A stretch of DNA of 64,000 bases from the NCBI GenBank assembly GCA_934131005.1, contig CAKOYV010000001.1, positions 79,868-143,867 of the forward strand, in the 5' to 3' direction. The position numbers and the translations under genes were made by a program. Positions 40,873 to 51,135 of this stretch are shown here, piece by piece. The notes under the pieces are model-generated. The model was given only the letters and a program-made list of their open reading frames with translations, was not told where the DNA came from and searched no databases. How positions within the stretch are numbered: position 1 is the stretch's first letter; each line of letters starts with the position of its first letter. Source of the DNA: an uncultured Bacilli bacterium (GTDB taxonomy: Bacteria > Bacillota_I > Bacilli_A > RF39 > UBA660).

Positions 40873-42759
40873 TTACTTAGAAATAATATCACAAATCAAA
40901 TTACTAATCTCTGTTGGATTATCAATAGGAAGACCTTCAATAAGTCTAGCCTCAGAATACAATATCTTTGTATATTTCTCTAATTCTTCCTTATCTTCTT
41001 TATATAATTTTTCTAGCTTTTTAGCAATAGGATGACTATCATTTATCTCCATAATCATCGAAGCATTAACTTTTTGATCATTAGGTAGAGCATTAAGAAC
41101 TTTCTCCATTTCAACAGACAACTCTCCTTCAGTGGTTAAACATACAGGATGATTCTTAAGTCTATGTGTAAATCTAATATCTGATATCTTACTATCACTC
41201 AAAGCCTTCTTCATTGTATCAAACATATCATGAGATTTCTTATTAAGCTCCTCCAAAGCCTTCTTTTCTTCTTCTGTATCCAAATCAACATTATCATTAG
41301 AAACATTAACAAACTTTTTATCTTTATAAGTAGTCAAACTTTGTAACGCAAACTCATCAACATATTCAGTTAAATATAAAATTTCATATCCCTTATCCTT
41401 AATAAGTTCTACTTGTGGCATATTATCAACCTTATCATTAGACTCTCCACAAGCATAATAAATACATTCTTGTCCTTCCTTCATTCTATCAATATACTCA
41501 CTCAAAGTAACAAGATGCTTCTCTTTTGATGAATAAAACATCAATAAATCTTTCAAATTATCCTTATTTACACCATAATCAGCATAAACACCAAACTTAA
41601 TTTGCATACCAAAAGTCTTAAAGAATTCTTCATAACTACTCCTATTATTTCGTAGCATATTCTCTAATTCTCTTTTTATCTTCTTCTCAATAGATTTTGC
41701 TATCAACTTAACTGAATGATCTTGTTGTAATATCTCTCTTGAAATATTTAAAGACAAATCTTCTGTATCAACAATTCCCTTAACAAAACTAAAATAATCT
41801 GGAAGAAGTTCTGAACACTTATCCATTATCAAAACTCCATTTGAATATAATGAAAGTCCTTTCTCATACTCTTTAGTATAAAAATCAAAAGGTAAATGAC
41901 TAGGTATATATAATAATGCATTATAGCAACAATTACCTTCAACAGAAGTATGAATAGTCTTTAGTGGCTTATCATAATCCATAAATTTATCACTATAGAA
42001 TGAATTATACTCATCCTCTGTAACATCACTCTTACTCTTCTTCCAAATAGGAATCATACTATTTACAATTTCCTCTTCAACATAAGTTTCATATTCCTTA
42101 TCACTACCCTCTTTCAATCTAGATTTTTCAATCAGCATTTTAATTGGATATCTAATATAATCAGAATATTTCTTAACAATACCACGAACACGGAAACTAT
42201 CCAAAAATTCTGAATACTTATATTCATCAGTATCATCTTTAAGTTTTAAAGTTATCTTAGTACCAACATCATGCATCTTACCTTCGCGAATAGTATAGCC
42301 ATCAGCACCTTCACTCTTCCATACATAACTCTTATCAGCACCACTAACTCTACTCTCAACCTTAATCTTCTTAGCCACCATAAAAGCAGAATAAAATCCT
42401 ACCCCAAATTGACCAATAATATCAACTTCATCACTCTTAACATCAGACTTAAAATCTAATGAGCCGCTCTTAGCAATAGTACCTAAATTATTTTCCAATT
42501 CATCACGACTCATACCACAACCATTATCGGTAATAACTAACTTACGCTTATCTTTATCTATATCTATCTTAATACACAAATCTTCCTTATTAACCTTTAT
42601 AGCCTCATCAGTTAAAGAATTATAATACAACTTATCAATAGCATCACTAGCATTAGAAATTAATTCTCTTAAAAATATTTCTTTATTAGTATAAATTGAA
42701 TTAATCATTAAATCTAATAACTTCTTTGATTCAGCCTTAAACTGTTTTTTCTTTTCCAT
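40873..42759 (-). CDS. htpG: Chaperone HtpG (Hsp90)
   Basis: NKEIFLRELISNASDAIDK, GQFGVGFYS. Start placed at the ATG at 42759 (MEKKKQF), which has a GAGAGGA SD. Confidence 0.9.
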   Translation of the reverse strand: MEKKKQFKAESKKLLDLMINSIYTNKEIFLRELISNASDAIDKLYYNSLTDEAIKVNKEDLCIKIDIDKDKRKLVITDNGCGMSRDELENNLGTIAKSGSLDFKSDVKSDEVDIIGQFGVGFYSAFMVAKKIKVESRVSGADKSYVWKSEGADGYTIREGKMHDVGTKITLKLKDDTDEYKYSEFLDSFRVRGIVKKYSDYIRYPIKMLIEKSRLKEGSDKEYETYVEEEIVNSMIPIWKKSKSDVTEDEYNSFYSDKFMDYDKPLKTIHTSVEGNCCYNALLYIPSHLPFDFYTKEYEKGLSLYSNGVLIMDKCSELLPDYFSFVKGIVDTEDLSLNISREILQQDHSVKLIAKSIEKKIKRELENMLRNNRSSYEEFFKTFGMQIKFGVYADYGVNKDNLKDLLMFYSSKEKHLVTLSEYIDRMKEGQECIYYACGESNDKVDNMPQVELIKDKGYEILYLTEYVDEFALQSLTTYKDKKFVNVSNDNVDLDTEEEKKALEELNKKSHDMFDTMKKALSDSKISDIRFTHRLKNHPVCLTTEGELSVEMEKVLNALPNDQKVNASMIMEINDSHPIAKKLEKLYKEDKEELEKYTKILYSEARLIEGLPIDNPTEISNLICDIISK

Positions 42760-42893
42760 ATATTTAATCATCCTCTCTTGCAATTGTTAATAACTTTTAT
42801 TAACTATAAATAATATAACACCTCATTTAGCAATTGTCAATAAAGATTGCTAATTTCTTAAAAAAGAAAGATAAGCCATCAAAATAGCCTATC

Positions 42894-43142
42894 TTAATAA
42901 GAGTCTACATTTATTCTAACTCTTTTTTTCAAATTCAAACTAGCAGAAGCTTGAACAACATTTCTAATCGAATTAATCGTTCTTCCACCCTTACCAATAA
43001 CCTTACCCAAATCTGCATTAGAAACTAAAACTTCTATTTGAATAACATTATCATCACTAGTTTCAAATTCTTTAACTGATACAGAATCTTTATTATCAAT
43101 TATTCCTTTTACAATATACTCAGTAAGTACTACTAAATCCAC
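42894..43142 (-). CDS. KH-domain RNA-binding protein (UPF0109/YlqC-like)
   Basis: VIGKGGRTINSIR GXXG loop; downstream of rpsP. Confidence 0.7.
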   Translation of the reverse strand: MDLVVLTEYIVKGIIDNKDSVSVKEFETSDDNVIQIEVLVSNADLGKVIGKGGRTINSIRNVVQASASLNLKKRVRINVDSY

Positions 43143-43144
43143 AA

Positions 43145-43417
43145 TTACTTACCTTGACGCATATTATGAAATTTTTCCATAATACCAGCTTTACTTAAAA
43201 TATTCTTAACAGTATCAGTAGGTTGAGCTCCCTTAGATAACCAACTTAAAGTCTCTTCTTCTTTAATAGAAATCTCAGCTGGATCTGTAAGTGGGTTATA
43301 AGTACCTAAAGTTTCAATAAATCTACCATCCCTAGGACTTCTAGAATCAGCTACTATAACTCTATAAAAAGGTCTCTTCTTAGCTCCCATTCTCTTTAAT
43401 CTAATCTTAACAGCCAT
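43145..43417 (-). CDS. rpsP: 30S ribosomal protein S16
   Basis: [35 protein letters not shown]. Confidence 0.9.
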   Translation of the reverse strand: MAVKIRLKRMGAKKRPFYRVIVADSRSPRDGRFIETLGTYNPLTDPAEISIKEEETLSWLSKGAQPTDTVKNILSKAGIMEKFHNMRQGK

Positions 43418-43499
43418 TTATTACTCCTCCTTTGCTTTTAATCATGACCTATCATACCATAAACTACAAGCCATTGTCAACCTTTTTGTGTTACAAGCA

Positions 43500-43920
43500 A
43501 AAAATTATTTGTAAATCTCTTGATTATTACAAAGAACTTTATTATAATCAAAGTAAAAATTCAAGCAAAGATGTAATATGGTTATCTTTACTTGGAGCAA
43601 ATAATTTTAGCGAATTAGAGGAAATGGCAAGTTTAGTTATGAATGAGAAAGAAAAAAATAAATTTGTAGATGAATGCAAAGATTTTAGTAAAAATACCAA
43701 ATGGTTATCTGAGTAAGGAACAGAATACTTTGCCGAAATGGTGAAACAGAATGTTATCGAAGATGCTAAACAAGAAGGAATTAATCAAAATAAAACAGAA
43801 ATGGTAAAAAAGTTATTAGAGCAAAAAGTATCTTATGAAATTATTGCTACATCTGCTTCTATTTCTGCCCTAGACGTAAAAAGGATAGAAAAATCCATGC
43901 AAAATGTGGATTAACTCTAT
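43500..43920 (+). pseudogene. Decayed 3' copy of the Rpn-like transposase gene
   Basis: About 90% nucleotide identity to 6575-6990; premature TAA (TGAGTAAGG vs TGAATGGGG) and a 33-nt deletion removing the QEGL repeat; ends with the same TTAACTCTATC motif. Confidence 0.6.
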
Positions 43921-43951
43921 CCTTTTCTAATTTAAATAACTTTATCTAATA

Positions 43952-45052
43952 TTAATTACTACTTCCCTTAGATAATGTAACTTTAATTGTATGTTCCTTA
44001 TTATCTCTAATATATTTAACTGAAACTTTTTCGTTTACTTTATGCTTATATAATTCATATCTAAATTCAGCCGCAGAACTAATCTTCTCACCACCTAATT
44101 CAACGATAATATCTCCTTTTTTAATACCAGCCTCACGTGCAGGAGATTTATCACTAACCTCCATAACAACAATTCCCTCACGAACATTATCAGGAATTGT
44201 TATCTTGTTTTGCCATAAATAATAACCATTAGAAACATCTACCATACTTATTCCAAAATAAGGTCTCTCTATCTTTTTACCATTTTCCATAACTCCAGCA
44301 TAATATAGAGCATCCTCAATAGGAATAGCAAATCCCATCCCCTCTACTGAATTATCTACCAATTTCATATTAGTAATACCTATTACTTCACCATTAATAT
44401 TACAAATAGGGCCTCCACTATTACCAGGATTAATAGCCGCATCTGTTTGTAATACTTTCATATAATAATCAGAAGTTTTACTATTAGATAAAGCAACTGC
44501 CACTAATCTATCTTTACCAGAAATGATTCCCTTGGTAACTGTTCCCGCATAATCAGCCCCTTCTGGAGAACCAACGGCAAAAACAGTATCCCCAACTTTT
44601 ACCTTACTACTATCACCAGCAATCGCAACTTTAATATTCTTACTAGTCTCTATACTCAAAACAGCAATATCCGAATAAGCCTCACTTCCCTTTACTGAAG
44701 CATCAATTTCTGTTTTATCAGATAAAATAACCTTAACATTATCACAACCACTAACAACATGATGATTAGTCATAACATAAAATTTATCACCATTTTTCTT
44801 ATAAATAAACCCCGTTCCCGTAGATGCTAATTCATTCTTTTTATAGCCCTCAATTACTACAACAGAATCATATACTTTATCAACTGATGCCGAAATACTA
44901 TCTGACTCACTAAGTGTTATATTACTAGTCTTAATAATTGTTCCGCCATCACTACTACTATTCATAACAACAAAATAAGCACTAAATCCCCCACATAAAA
45001 ATGATACTAATAATACTACTACGATTATAATTCCTATATTACTCTTCTTCAT
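43952..45052 (-). CDS. htrA: HtrA/DegP-family serine protease with PDZ domain
   Basis: N-terminal TM; His and Asp of the triad; GNSGGPICNINGEVIGI; C-terminal PDZ. Confidence 0.85.
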   Translation of the reverse strand: MKKSNIGIIIVVVLLVSFLCGGFSAYFVVMNSSSDGGTIIKTSNITLSESDSISASVDKVYDSVVVIEGYKKNELASTGTGFIYKKNGDKFYVMTNHHVVSGCDNVKVILSDKTEIDASVKGSEAYSDIAVLSIETSKNIKVAIAGDSSKVKVGDTVFAVGSPEGADYAGTVTKGIISGKDRLVAVALSNSKTSDYYMKVLQTDAAINPGNSGGPICNINGEVIGITNMKLVDNSVEGMGFAIPIEDALYYAGVMENGKKIERPYFGISMVDVSNGYYLWQNKITIPDNVREGIVVMEVSDKSPAREAGIKKGDIIVELGGEKISSAAEFRYELYKHKVNEKVSVKYIRDNKEHTIKVTLSKGSSN

Positions 45053-45066
45053 TTCTATCCTTCTTT

Positions 45067-45993
45067 CTATAAATCAATTAATTTCATATAATTACTAGGC
45101 ATTCCCATCTTATCAAGAATTTTCTCTATTGGAATTGAATTAACAATACCATCTAATTTTTCTATCTCATACTCAACTTCTTTCATCATCATCCGAAATT
45201 CATCTTCCCGAAGTAAATATTTAAGGATAATAAAGACCGAAAACATATCATTTTTTCCATATATATATTCATTATCCATTCTAGGTATTTCTAACATCTC
45301 ATGATAAGGCGTATTAATAATTGACTTCTCTGTTCTATGTTCATAAACAATATCTTCATGAGCACATAAATTTCTATAATTAGATAAAATTGGTAAAAAG
45401 CTTTCCATATAATCAGTATTTATTCCAAAGATATCAGCAATTGCAATTTGATCTTCTGGTTTTAAAATAGAATAAAACTCACAAACAATCCCAAAAGACA
45501 AAACTTTAACTAAAACCCATAATGGAATATAACCATAATTATTAATATAATGCATCGTAGCCATATGATGAGCTCCATTAACTCTAACTTGTCTCTTAAT
45601 TTTCTCAATAACATCTTTAACTCTTCTAGCCTTAAGTCTATCATTGGTAAAATTCTTAGGATTTAAATAATCTTTATCACGATATCCATACTTCTTAGAT
45701 AATTGATAAGATATAATAGACTTTAAATTATTTTCAATAATCATTAAATTCTTAAACAAAATATTTCTAATATATCTATCAAATAAGAATATAGAATAAA
45801 GTTCTCTAAAAGTAGAACCTATTATAAAATTCCTATCTGCATAAGAATTCATAAGTAATCCTCTATATCCATTGATAAAAAAATAATTCTCTCGAAGAAG
45901 TATCTCTTTAGTTTGCTCTTCATCTTCTATTATTAAGCCTTTATCTTTAAGGATAGATAATTGCTCATCTAAAGTTTTAAATAGCTTCTCCAC
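45067..45993 (-). CDS. Abi_2 (AbiD/AbiF-like) abortive-infection protein
   Basis: LSFGIVCEFYSIL ... RNLCAHEDIVYEH matches the Abi_2 signature RNxxAHHxR. Confidence 0.6.
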   Translation of the reverse strand: MEKLFKTLDEQLSILKDKGLIIEDEEQTKEILLRENYFFINGYRGLLMNSYADRNFIIGSTFRELYSIFLFDRYIRNILFKNLMIIENNLKSIISYQLSKKYGYRDKDYLNPKNFTNDRLKARRVKDVIEKIKRQVRVNGAHHMATMHYINNYGYIPLWVLVKVLSFGIVCEFYSILKPEDQIAIADIFGINTDYMESFLPILSNYRNLCAHEDIVYEHRTEKSIINTPYHEMLEIPRMDNEYIYGKNDMFSVFIILKYLLREDEFRMMMKEVEYEIEKLDGIVNSIPIEKILDKMGMPSNYMKLIDL

Positions 45994-46056
45994 TAGCGCA
46001 CCACCTTACCATAACAGTATACCATAATATAGAGAAAAAAGATATCTTTTTAATTT

Positions 46057-47109
46057 TTAATGTAAACTATTTTTCTTCTTCTTAGCCTTAAAGCGGCCAA
46101 ATCTTGCCTCTATATAATCATTAATAGATTCATAGTCATAAAGTCTAAGTATTCCTAAAATAGTCTTCTTATTAAGGGAAGTCATTATCTCCCTAGGATT
46201 CCCCATATCTCTAGTAAAACACTTAACATCACCACTATCAAGATACTCATGAAAAATAGCTTCTACCTTAGTATAATCATTATATTTATCAAACAGACAA
46301 GAAATAACATAATCAAGCATTGCTATTGAAGAATAGTAAAAAGAACAATCTCCCGTCATAGGATAATCTGCATCAACAATTCCTTCCTTAACTAAATATC
46401 CTCTCATATAATATCCCAAATAAGCAGCCGCTCCAAAAGTATTCTCAATCTCACGAGAAAGACTATCATCAAGATTTAAACTTTTAATATTATTTGTATT
46501 CAAATATTCATCTATAACCCTATAACCAGATTCATAATAATTACCACTAATACATTGATACTTACTCATAACAGAAATTACCATTCGATTAATAATATCT
46601 AGCTTCTCATCATAACTCATAACTTTAGCAATTACTTCTTTCGTATTATTCACCTTAACATTATTTTTAGAAGATGTTTTAGAAGAAGGCAATATCTTAT
46701 CTTTTTTCTTTCTTTTATAACCCTTAACATATATATAATTAGCACGTAAAGCCTTAAAATCTCTATTACTAAGACTATAATTATCATCGCTAATTTTCTC
46801 TAATAACAAAGAAAGCTTATTTCCCTCTTCATCTTTATAACTAGGACTCTTTTTTATAACTTCTCTAATCTTTTTATTATCAACCTCTCCCTTAACAATA
46901 AATATTCCATTATTGCAAAGAAGCTTCATATCATTATCCGTAAGTCTATAATTAACTCGTTCATTAATTCTAAGAAGTAAATTAAGTAAATCATTCTCTT
47001 GCATATATCCCGATTCCTTTAAATGAATACCATTATTAATATCCATCAAGTAAGAATTAAGCTTTTTTTCAATTAACTTCTTAACTTCTACACCCTTCAA
47101 TATATCCAC
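46057..47109 (-). CDS. Hypothetical two-domain protein immediately upstream of the Abi gene
   Basis: 350 aa; basic linker KRKKKDKILPSSKTSSK between two domains; 63-nt gap to the Abi_2 gene. Confidence 0.3.
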   Translation of the reverse strand: MDILKGVEVKKLIEKKLNSYLMDINNGIHLKESGYMQENDLLNLLLRINERVNYRLTDNDMKLLCNNGIFIVKGEVDNKKIREVIKKSPSYKDEEGNKLSLLLEKISDDNYSLSNRDFKALRANYIYVKGYKRKKKDKILPSSKTSSKNNVKVNNTKEVIAKVMSYDEKLDIINRMVISVMSKYQCISGNYYESGYRVIDEYLNTNNIKSLNLDDSLSREIENTFGAAAYLGYYMRGYLVKEGIVDADYPMTGDCSFYYSSIAMLDYVISCLFDKYNDYTKVEAIFHEYLDSGDVKCFTRDMGNPREIMTSLNKKTILGILRLYDYESINDYIEARFGRFKAKKKKNSLH

Positions 47110-47266
47110 CTCAATTCTAACTATCTATATTAATTATTATTATACCAAAAAATTAAAAAATAAAAAATTATCTTAGAGCTATTTTGACAATAATTTACAT
47201 AAATTCAAAAAATATTACAAATAATTAAAAAATTAATATATAATTATAACAGAAAGAAGTGATAAA

Positions 47267-48250
47267 ATGCCTAGTTCTATGACTCATACTTACTTTAGTA
47301 ACGATGTTTATAATACTCTTCCTCCTACATGTCAAAAGAAAGTTATAAAAACTTCTTACTACTACCTAGCAGCCCAAGGTGCTGACCCCCTAATGTTTTA
47401 TAATTTTTTTATAGGCCCAAAAAGCAATTACTACAAAAAACTCCAACATCTAATCCATACAACAAATACTAGAGACTACTTTCTAAATCTTATTAATTAT
47501 ATTCATAAAAATAAGCTAGAAAAAAACAAGCAAGTAATGTCCTACCTCTATGGTAATATTTGTCACTACTACCTCGATCTAAATACTCATCCCCTAATCT
47601 TCTATAAAACTGGCCTTTTCCAAAAGGGTAAAAAAGATACTTATAAGTATAATAGCCTTCATGCTCTAATGGAATACACCATCGATTGCTACTACATTGA
47701 CAAAAACGAAAACATATCGCCCCAAAAATTCCCTATTTGGAAACATATCTTTACCTACAAACCATTTAGTAAAGAACTTACAGACACCATTAACTACGTT
47801 TTTGATAAAACCTATAATATTAAAAATATAACTCGCCACTACATAAAATCCATAAAAGACATGCAATTATTTTTTAAATACATAAACTATGATAAGTATG
47901 GCTTAAAATTAAAAGTTTATAAATTAATTAATCATCTAACCCCAGCATCAACTCCTAATTTATCTGTTCTATCTTATGCAAACAATTACAAAAAGAATCT
48001 TAATTATCTAAATCTTTCTAATAAAACTTGGAATCATCCTACCAATTATCAAGAAAAATATAAATCTTCTTTCAATGAGTTATACCAAAAAGCCCAAAAA
48101 GAAGCAAGCCAAGCAATTATTGACGTAACAACTATGCTAGATAATAAACACTTAAACCAAACTAAACTAAAACTTATTTTCCAAAATATCTCCTATACAA
48201 CGGGCAAAGATTGCACTTTAGAAGAAAATTTCAAATATTTTGAATTCTAA
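47267..48250 (+). CDS. Hypothetical protein, possibly zinc-dependent phospholipase C/P1-nuclease-like
   Basis: His-rich spacing (MTHTYF...HLIHT...CHYYLDLNTHP); weak. Confidence 0.3.
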   Translation: MPSSMTHTYFSNDVYNTLPPTCQKKVIKTSYYYLAAQGADPLMFYNFFIGPKSNYYKKLQHLIHTTNTRDYFLNLINYIHKNKLEKNKQVMSYLYGNICHYYLDLNTHPLIFYKTGLFQKGKKDTYKYNSLHALMEYTIDCYYIDKNENISPQKFPIWKHIFTYKPFSKELTDTINYVFDKTYNIKNITRHYIKSIKDMQLFFKYINYDKYGLKLKVYKLINHLTPASTPNLSVLSYANNYKKNLNYLNLSNKTWNHPTNYQEKYKSSFNELYQKAQKEASQAIIDVTTMLDNKHLNQTKLKLIFQNISYTTGKDCTLEENFKYFEF

Positions 48251-48262
48251 AAAGGAATATAC

Positions 48263-48625
48263 TTACTGTAACTTAAAGTATATTCCTTTTTTTATCAATT
48301 TATCAGAAGATTTATAATCCATAGGATAATATCCTTCCTTAAGTAATTTCTCAATAATCATCATATTATAATTTGAGGCAAACAAAAAATTTATCACCAC
48401 AATCATAATTAAACATAATAAAAGCCTAAACATCATAGCAACTGGTACCAATATAAGAATTAATGTACATATTGACATTTGCAATAACAATGTTATAAAG
48501 AAATAATAATAATCTTTCTTCTTATACGGATACATAAATCCTAAATATAAAAAAGGTGCTGCAAATCCATAATCACATTCCACATAAGGCTTAACATTAT
48601 CATATTTTAAATAAACTTTCTCCAT
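48263..48625 (-). CDS. Small membrane protein, hypothetical
   Basis: 120 aa, two TM. Confidence 0.3.
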   Translation of the reverse strand: MEKVYLKYDNVKPYVECDYGFAAPFLYLGFMYPYKKKDYYYFFITLLLQMSICTLILILVPVAMMFRLLLCLIMIVVINFLFASNYNMMIIEKLLKEGYYPMDYKSSDKLIKKGIYFKLQ

Positions 48626-48680
48626 CTATACCACCTCTACTATGTTAATAGTATACTACATTTTTTAAAACTTTTAAACC

Positions 48681-49343
48681 CTATTTATTAAAATAATCAA
48701 CAACACCATCTACAATATTATTAGTCAAAATATCCTGATACTTACTTTGCCTAATTTTGTAATTATCCTGACTATTACTAATAAAACCAGCCTCTACCAA
48801 AATACCAGGTACCTTTATTTTAGAATACATATAATACCCATTTTCTTGTTTATAATCTCTAACATTTGACATATTACTAGACAACTTCTTAGTTACACTC
48901 TCGGCAAGAAGTTTATTATCCCTAACAACATTACTATAAAAAACTTGTATTCCATGCCACTTACTACTAGGACTAGCATTAAGATGCATAGAAATATACA
49001 CATCACAACCTGCACTGTTAATGAATCTAGCTCGCTGATATAAATCATTTCGCTTCCGGTTAATCTCTCCTTCTGCCAAATCATAATCCCCATCACGTGT
49101 CAAAAATACCATAGCACCTCTATTAAAAAAATTAATCGCAAGCTTTGAAGTAAGCTCTAAATTCATATCTTTTTCCAAAATATTAGAAGAAATAGCTCCC
49201 GCATCAACGCCACCATGACCAGCATCAAGACAAATACTCTTCCCCACCAAATCATAGCCTCTAATCTTAGCATTAACAACACCAAAACAAAATACACAAA
49301 TAAAAAATATAATTAACATAAGTGTTTTATATTGTCTCATCAA
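48681..49343 (-). CDS. cwlD: N-acetylmuramoyl-L-alanine amidase, CwlD-like (germination-specific type)
   Basis: LDAGHGGVDAGA, ISMHLNASPSSKWHGIQVFY, LVEAGFISN; short family-3 amidase with signal anchor, as in CwlD. Confidence 0.7.
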   Translation of the reverse strand: MMRQYKTLMLIIFFICVFCFGVVNAKIRGYDLVGKSICLDAGHGGVDAGAISSNILEKDMNLELTSKLAINFFNRGAMVFLTRDGDYDLAEGEINRKRNDLYQRARFINSAGCDVYISMHLNASPSSKWHGIQVFYSNVVRDNKLLAESVTKKLSSNMSNVRDYKQENGYYMYSKIKVPGILVEAGFISNSQDNYKIRQSKYQDILTNNIVDGVVDYFNK

Positions 49344-49493
49344 ACTTCACCTATCTAATTATATTAATATAAAATTATATTTATTATACATACATTCTTC
49401 CTAGTCATTTATAAGTTAATTAATCTATATTTAGTATAAAAAGAAAAATACTTTTTTAATATATTAAAACCTAATATTTATAAAAACTAACTT

Positions 49494-50939
49494 CTAACTT
49501 ATACCATTAAATTCCTTTATTCTACTCCTAGCCTTTGTAGTTTGCACATCTCCTAACCATTCTTCTCTAGGGCCACGAGACTTAACATCAGTAATAATTT
49601 TAACTCTATCTTTATTATGTAAAACATAATTAGCATCAACCAACTTATCATTAACAATAGCCCCGATAATCATATTACCAATATCTGTCTGAATTTTATA
49701 AGCAAAATCAATTGCTGTTGAACCACGAGGCAATTCTATAACTTGACCACGAGTAGTATAAACATATATCTTATCAGCAAATAACTCTTCACGTACCTTT
49801 GCAACAAACTCCTTACTATCCGAAAATGCATCATTAATCTCTACTAACGAATTATAAAATTGAAACTTATTCTTCAAATCATTTTGCATAATATCCCTCG
49901 TATTTTTCTTCAAATTCCAATAAGCAACAATTCCAAACGATGCAACCTTATCCATATCAAAAGTCCTAATTTGAGTTTGAACTAATCTATCATCCTCGCC
50001 AAAAACAGTAGTATGAAGAGAACTATACATATTAGTCTTAGGATTAGCTATATAATCTTTAAACTTATTATTAATAGGACGATATTTAGAATGAACAAGA
50101 CCTAAAGTTTGATAGCAATTAATTGTATCATCAACCATAACTTTCAAAGCTAGCAAATCATGAATATCACTAATATTATGCCCAGCCTTAAGTCTCTTAT
50201 AAATACCATAAACATTCTTCGTTCTAACTTTTATCTCATGTGGAATATTTTTATCACTAAGAACTTCATCTATCATTTCATACATCTGCTCTAAACAATG
50301 CTTACTATCATCACAAACTCTCCTCTGAATATCACAAGTTCCCTGATAAACATTAGGATATAAATATTTAAAAGACAAATCTTCTAACTCACTCTTAATT
50401 CTATATGCCCCTAAATAATAAGCAAAAGGCACAAAAATATCCATTGTCTCCATCGCATTCTCTTTTTGCTTAAGCTCTGACTTAAAGCCTAATGTTCGCA
50501 TATTATGAAGTCTATCAGCAAGTTTAATAATTATTATTCTAACATCATTCATAACCCCTGTAATAATCTTTCGCGTATTAGCATTTACTCTATCCTCCTT
50601 AGAAGAAAAATTCAATTTAGAAATCTTTGTAACCCCATCTACCAGATTAGCAATAACTTCATTAAAGTAAATACTAATCTCCTCATAAGTAGCTTTTGTA
50701 TCTTCTAAAGTATCATGCAAAAGAGCTGCACAAATCGTTTGAGTATCAGCATTCATTTGCGCTAAAATATAAGCAACATTAAGAGGATGCGTAATATAAT
50801 CCTCTCCACTCTGTCTAACCTGTCCATGATGCATATAATCAGCAAAATCATAAGCTCGCTCAATCATTAATAAATCATCTATATTCTTATTATACTTTAA
50901 AACTTCCTCTTTTAAATCTTCTAACCTTATATTACTCAT
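49494..50939 (-). CDS. RelA/SpoT-family protein: intact HD hydrolase domain, degenerate synthetase motif, TGS domain, no ACT/C-terminal regulatory region
   Basis: HD: HHGQ...HD..ED intact. Synthetase: VQTQIRTFDMDKVASFGIVAYW, whereas canonical sequences have EVQIRTxEMHxxAExGxAAHW. TGS: YVYTTRGQVIELPRGSTAIDFAY. Only 481 aa. Confidence 0.75.
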   Translation of the reverse strand: MSNIRLEDLKEEVLKYNKNIDDLLMIERAYDFADYMHHGQVRQSGEDYITHPLNVAYILAQMNADTQTICAALLHDTLEDTKATYEEISIYFNEVIANLVDGVTKISKLNFSSKEDRVNANTRKIITGVMNDVRIIIIKLADRLHNMRTLGFKSELKQKENAMETMDIFVPFAYYLGAYRIKSELEDLSFKYLYPNVYQGTCDIQRRVCDDSKHCLEQMYEMIDEVLSDKNIPHEIKVRTKNVYGIYKRLKAGHNISDIHDLLALKVMVDDTINCYQTLGLVHSKYRPINNKFKDYIANPKTNMYSSLHTTVFGEDDRLVQTQIRTFDMDKVASFGIVAYWNLKKNTRDIMQNDLKNKFQFYNSLVEINDAFSDSKEFVAKVREELFADKIYVYTTRGQVIELPRGSTAIDFAYKIQTDIGNMIIGAIVNDKLVDANYVLHNKDRVKIITDVKSRGPREEWLGDVQTTKARSRIKEFNGIS

Positions 50940-51135
50940 TCCTTAAACCTTCCTTTTCAACATAAATATAAACAAAAAAAGACAGCATCAAAATACTATC
51001 TCCAATTAACTGTATAAATATTAAAAAACTTAATAATAAAACCCATCCACATACTTATACCTCCAAAAAATATTTAATTTAATATACTCTCCTTTATAAT
51101 AATTGTCAACTATTTTTATCTAAATTTATACAAAT

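Noticed and set aside
43432-43716. ORF-track 94-aa CDS
   Set aside because: It is the in-frame part of the decayed Rpn-like copy, ending at a premature stop; annotated as a pseudogene instead.
48893-49096. 67-aa ORF in another frame inside cwlD; likewise 56089-56307 inside the hydrogenase gene, 22589-22834 inside the radical-SAM gene and 23069-23380 inside the first TasA-like gene
   Set aside because: All are embedded in or antisense to strongly supported genes.
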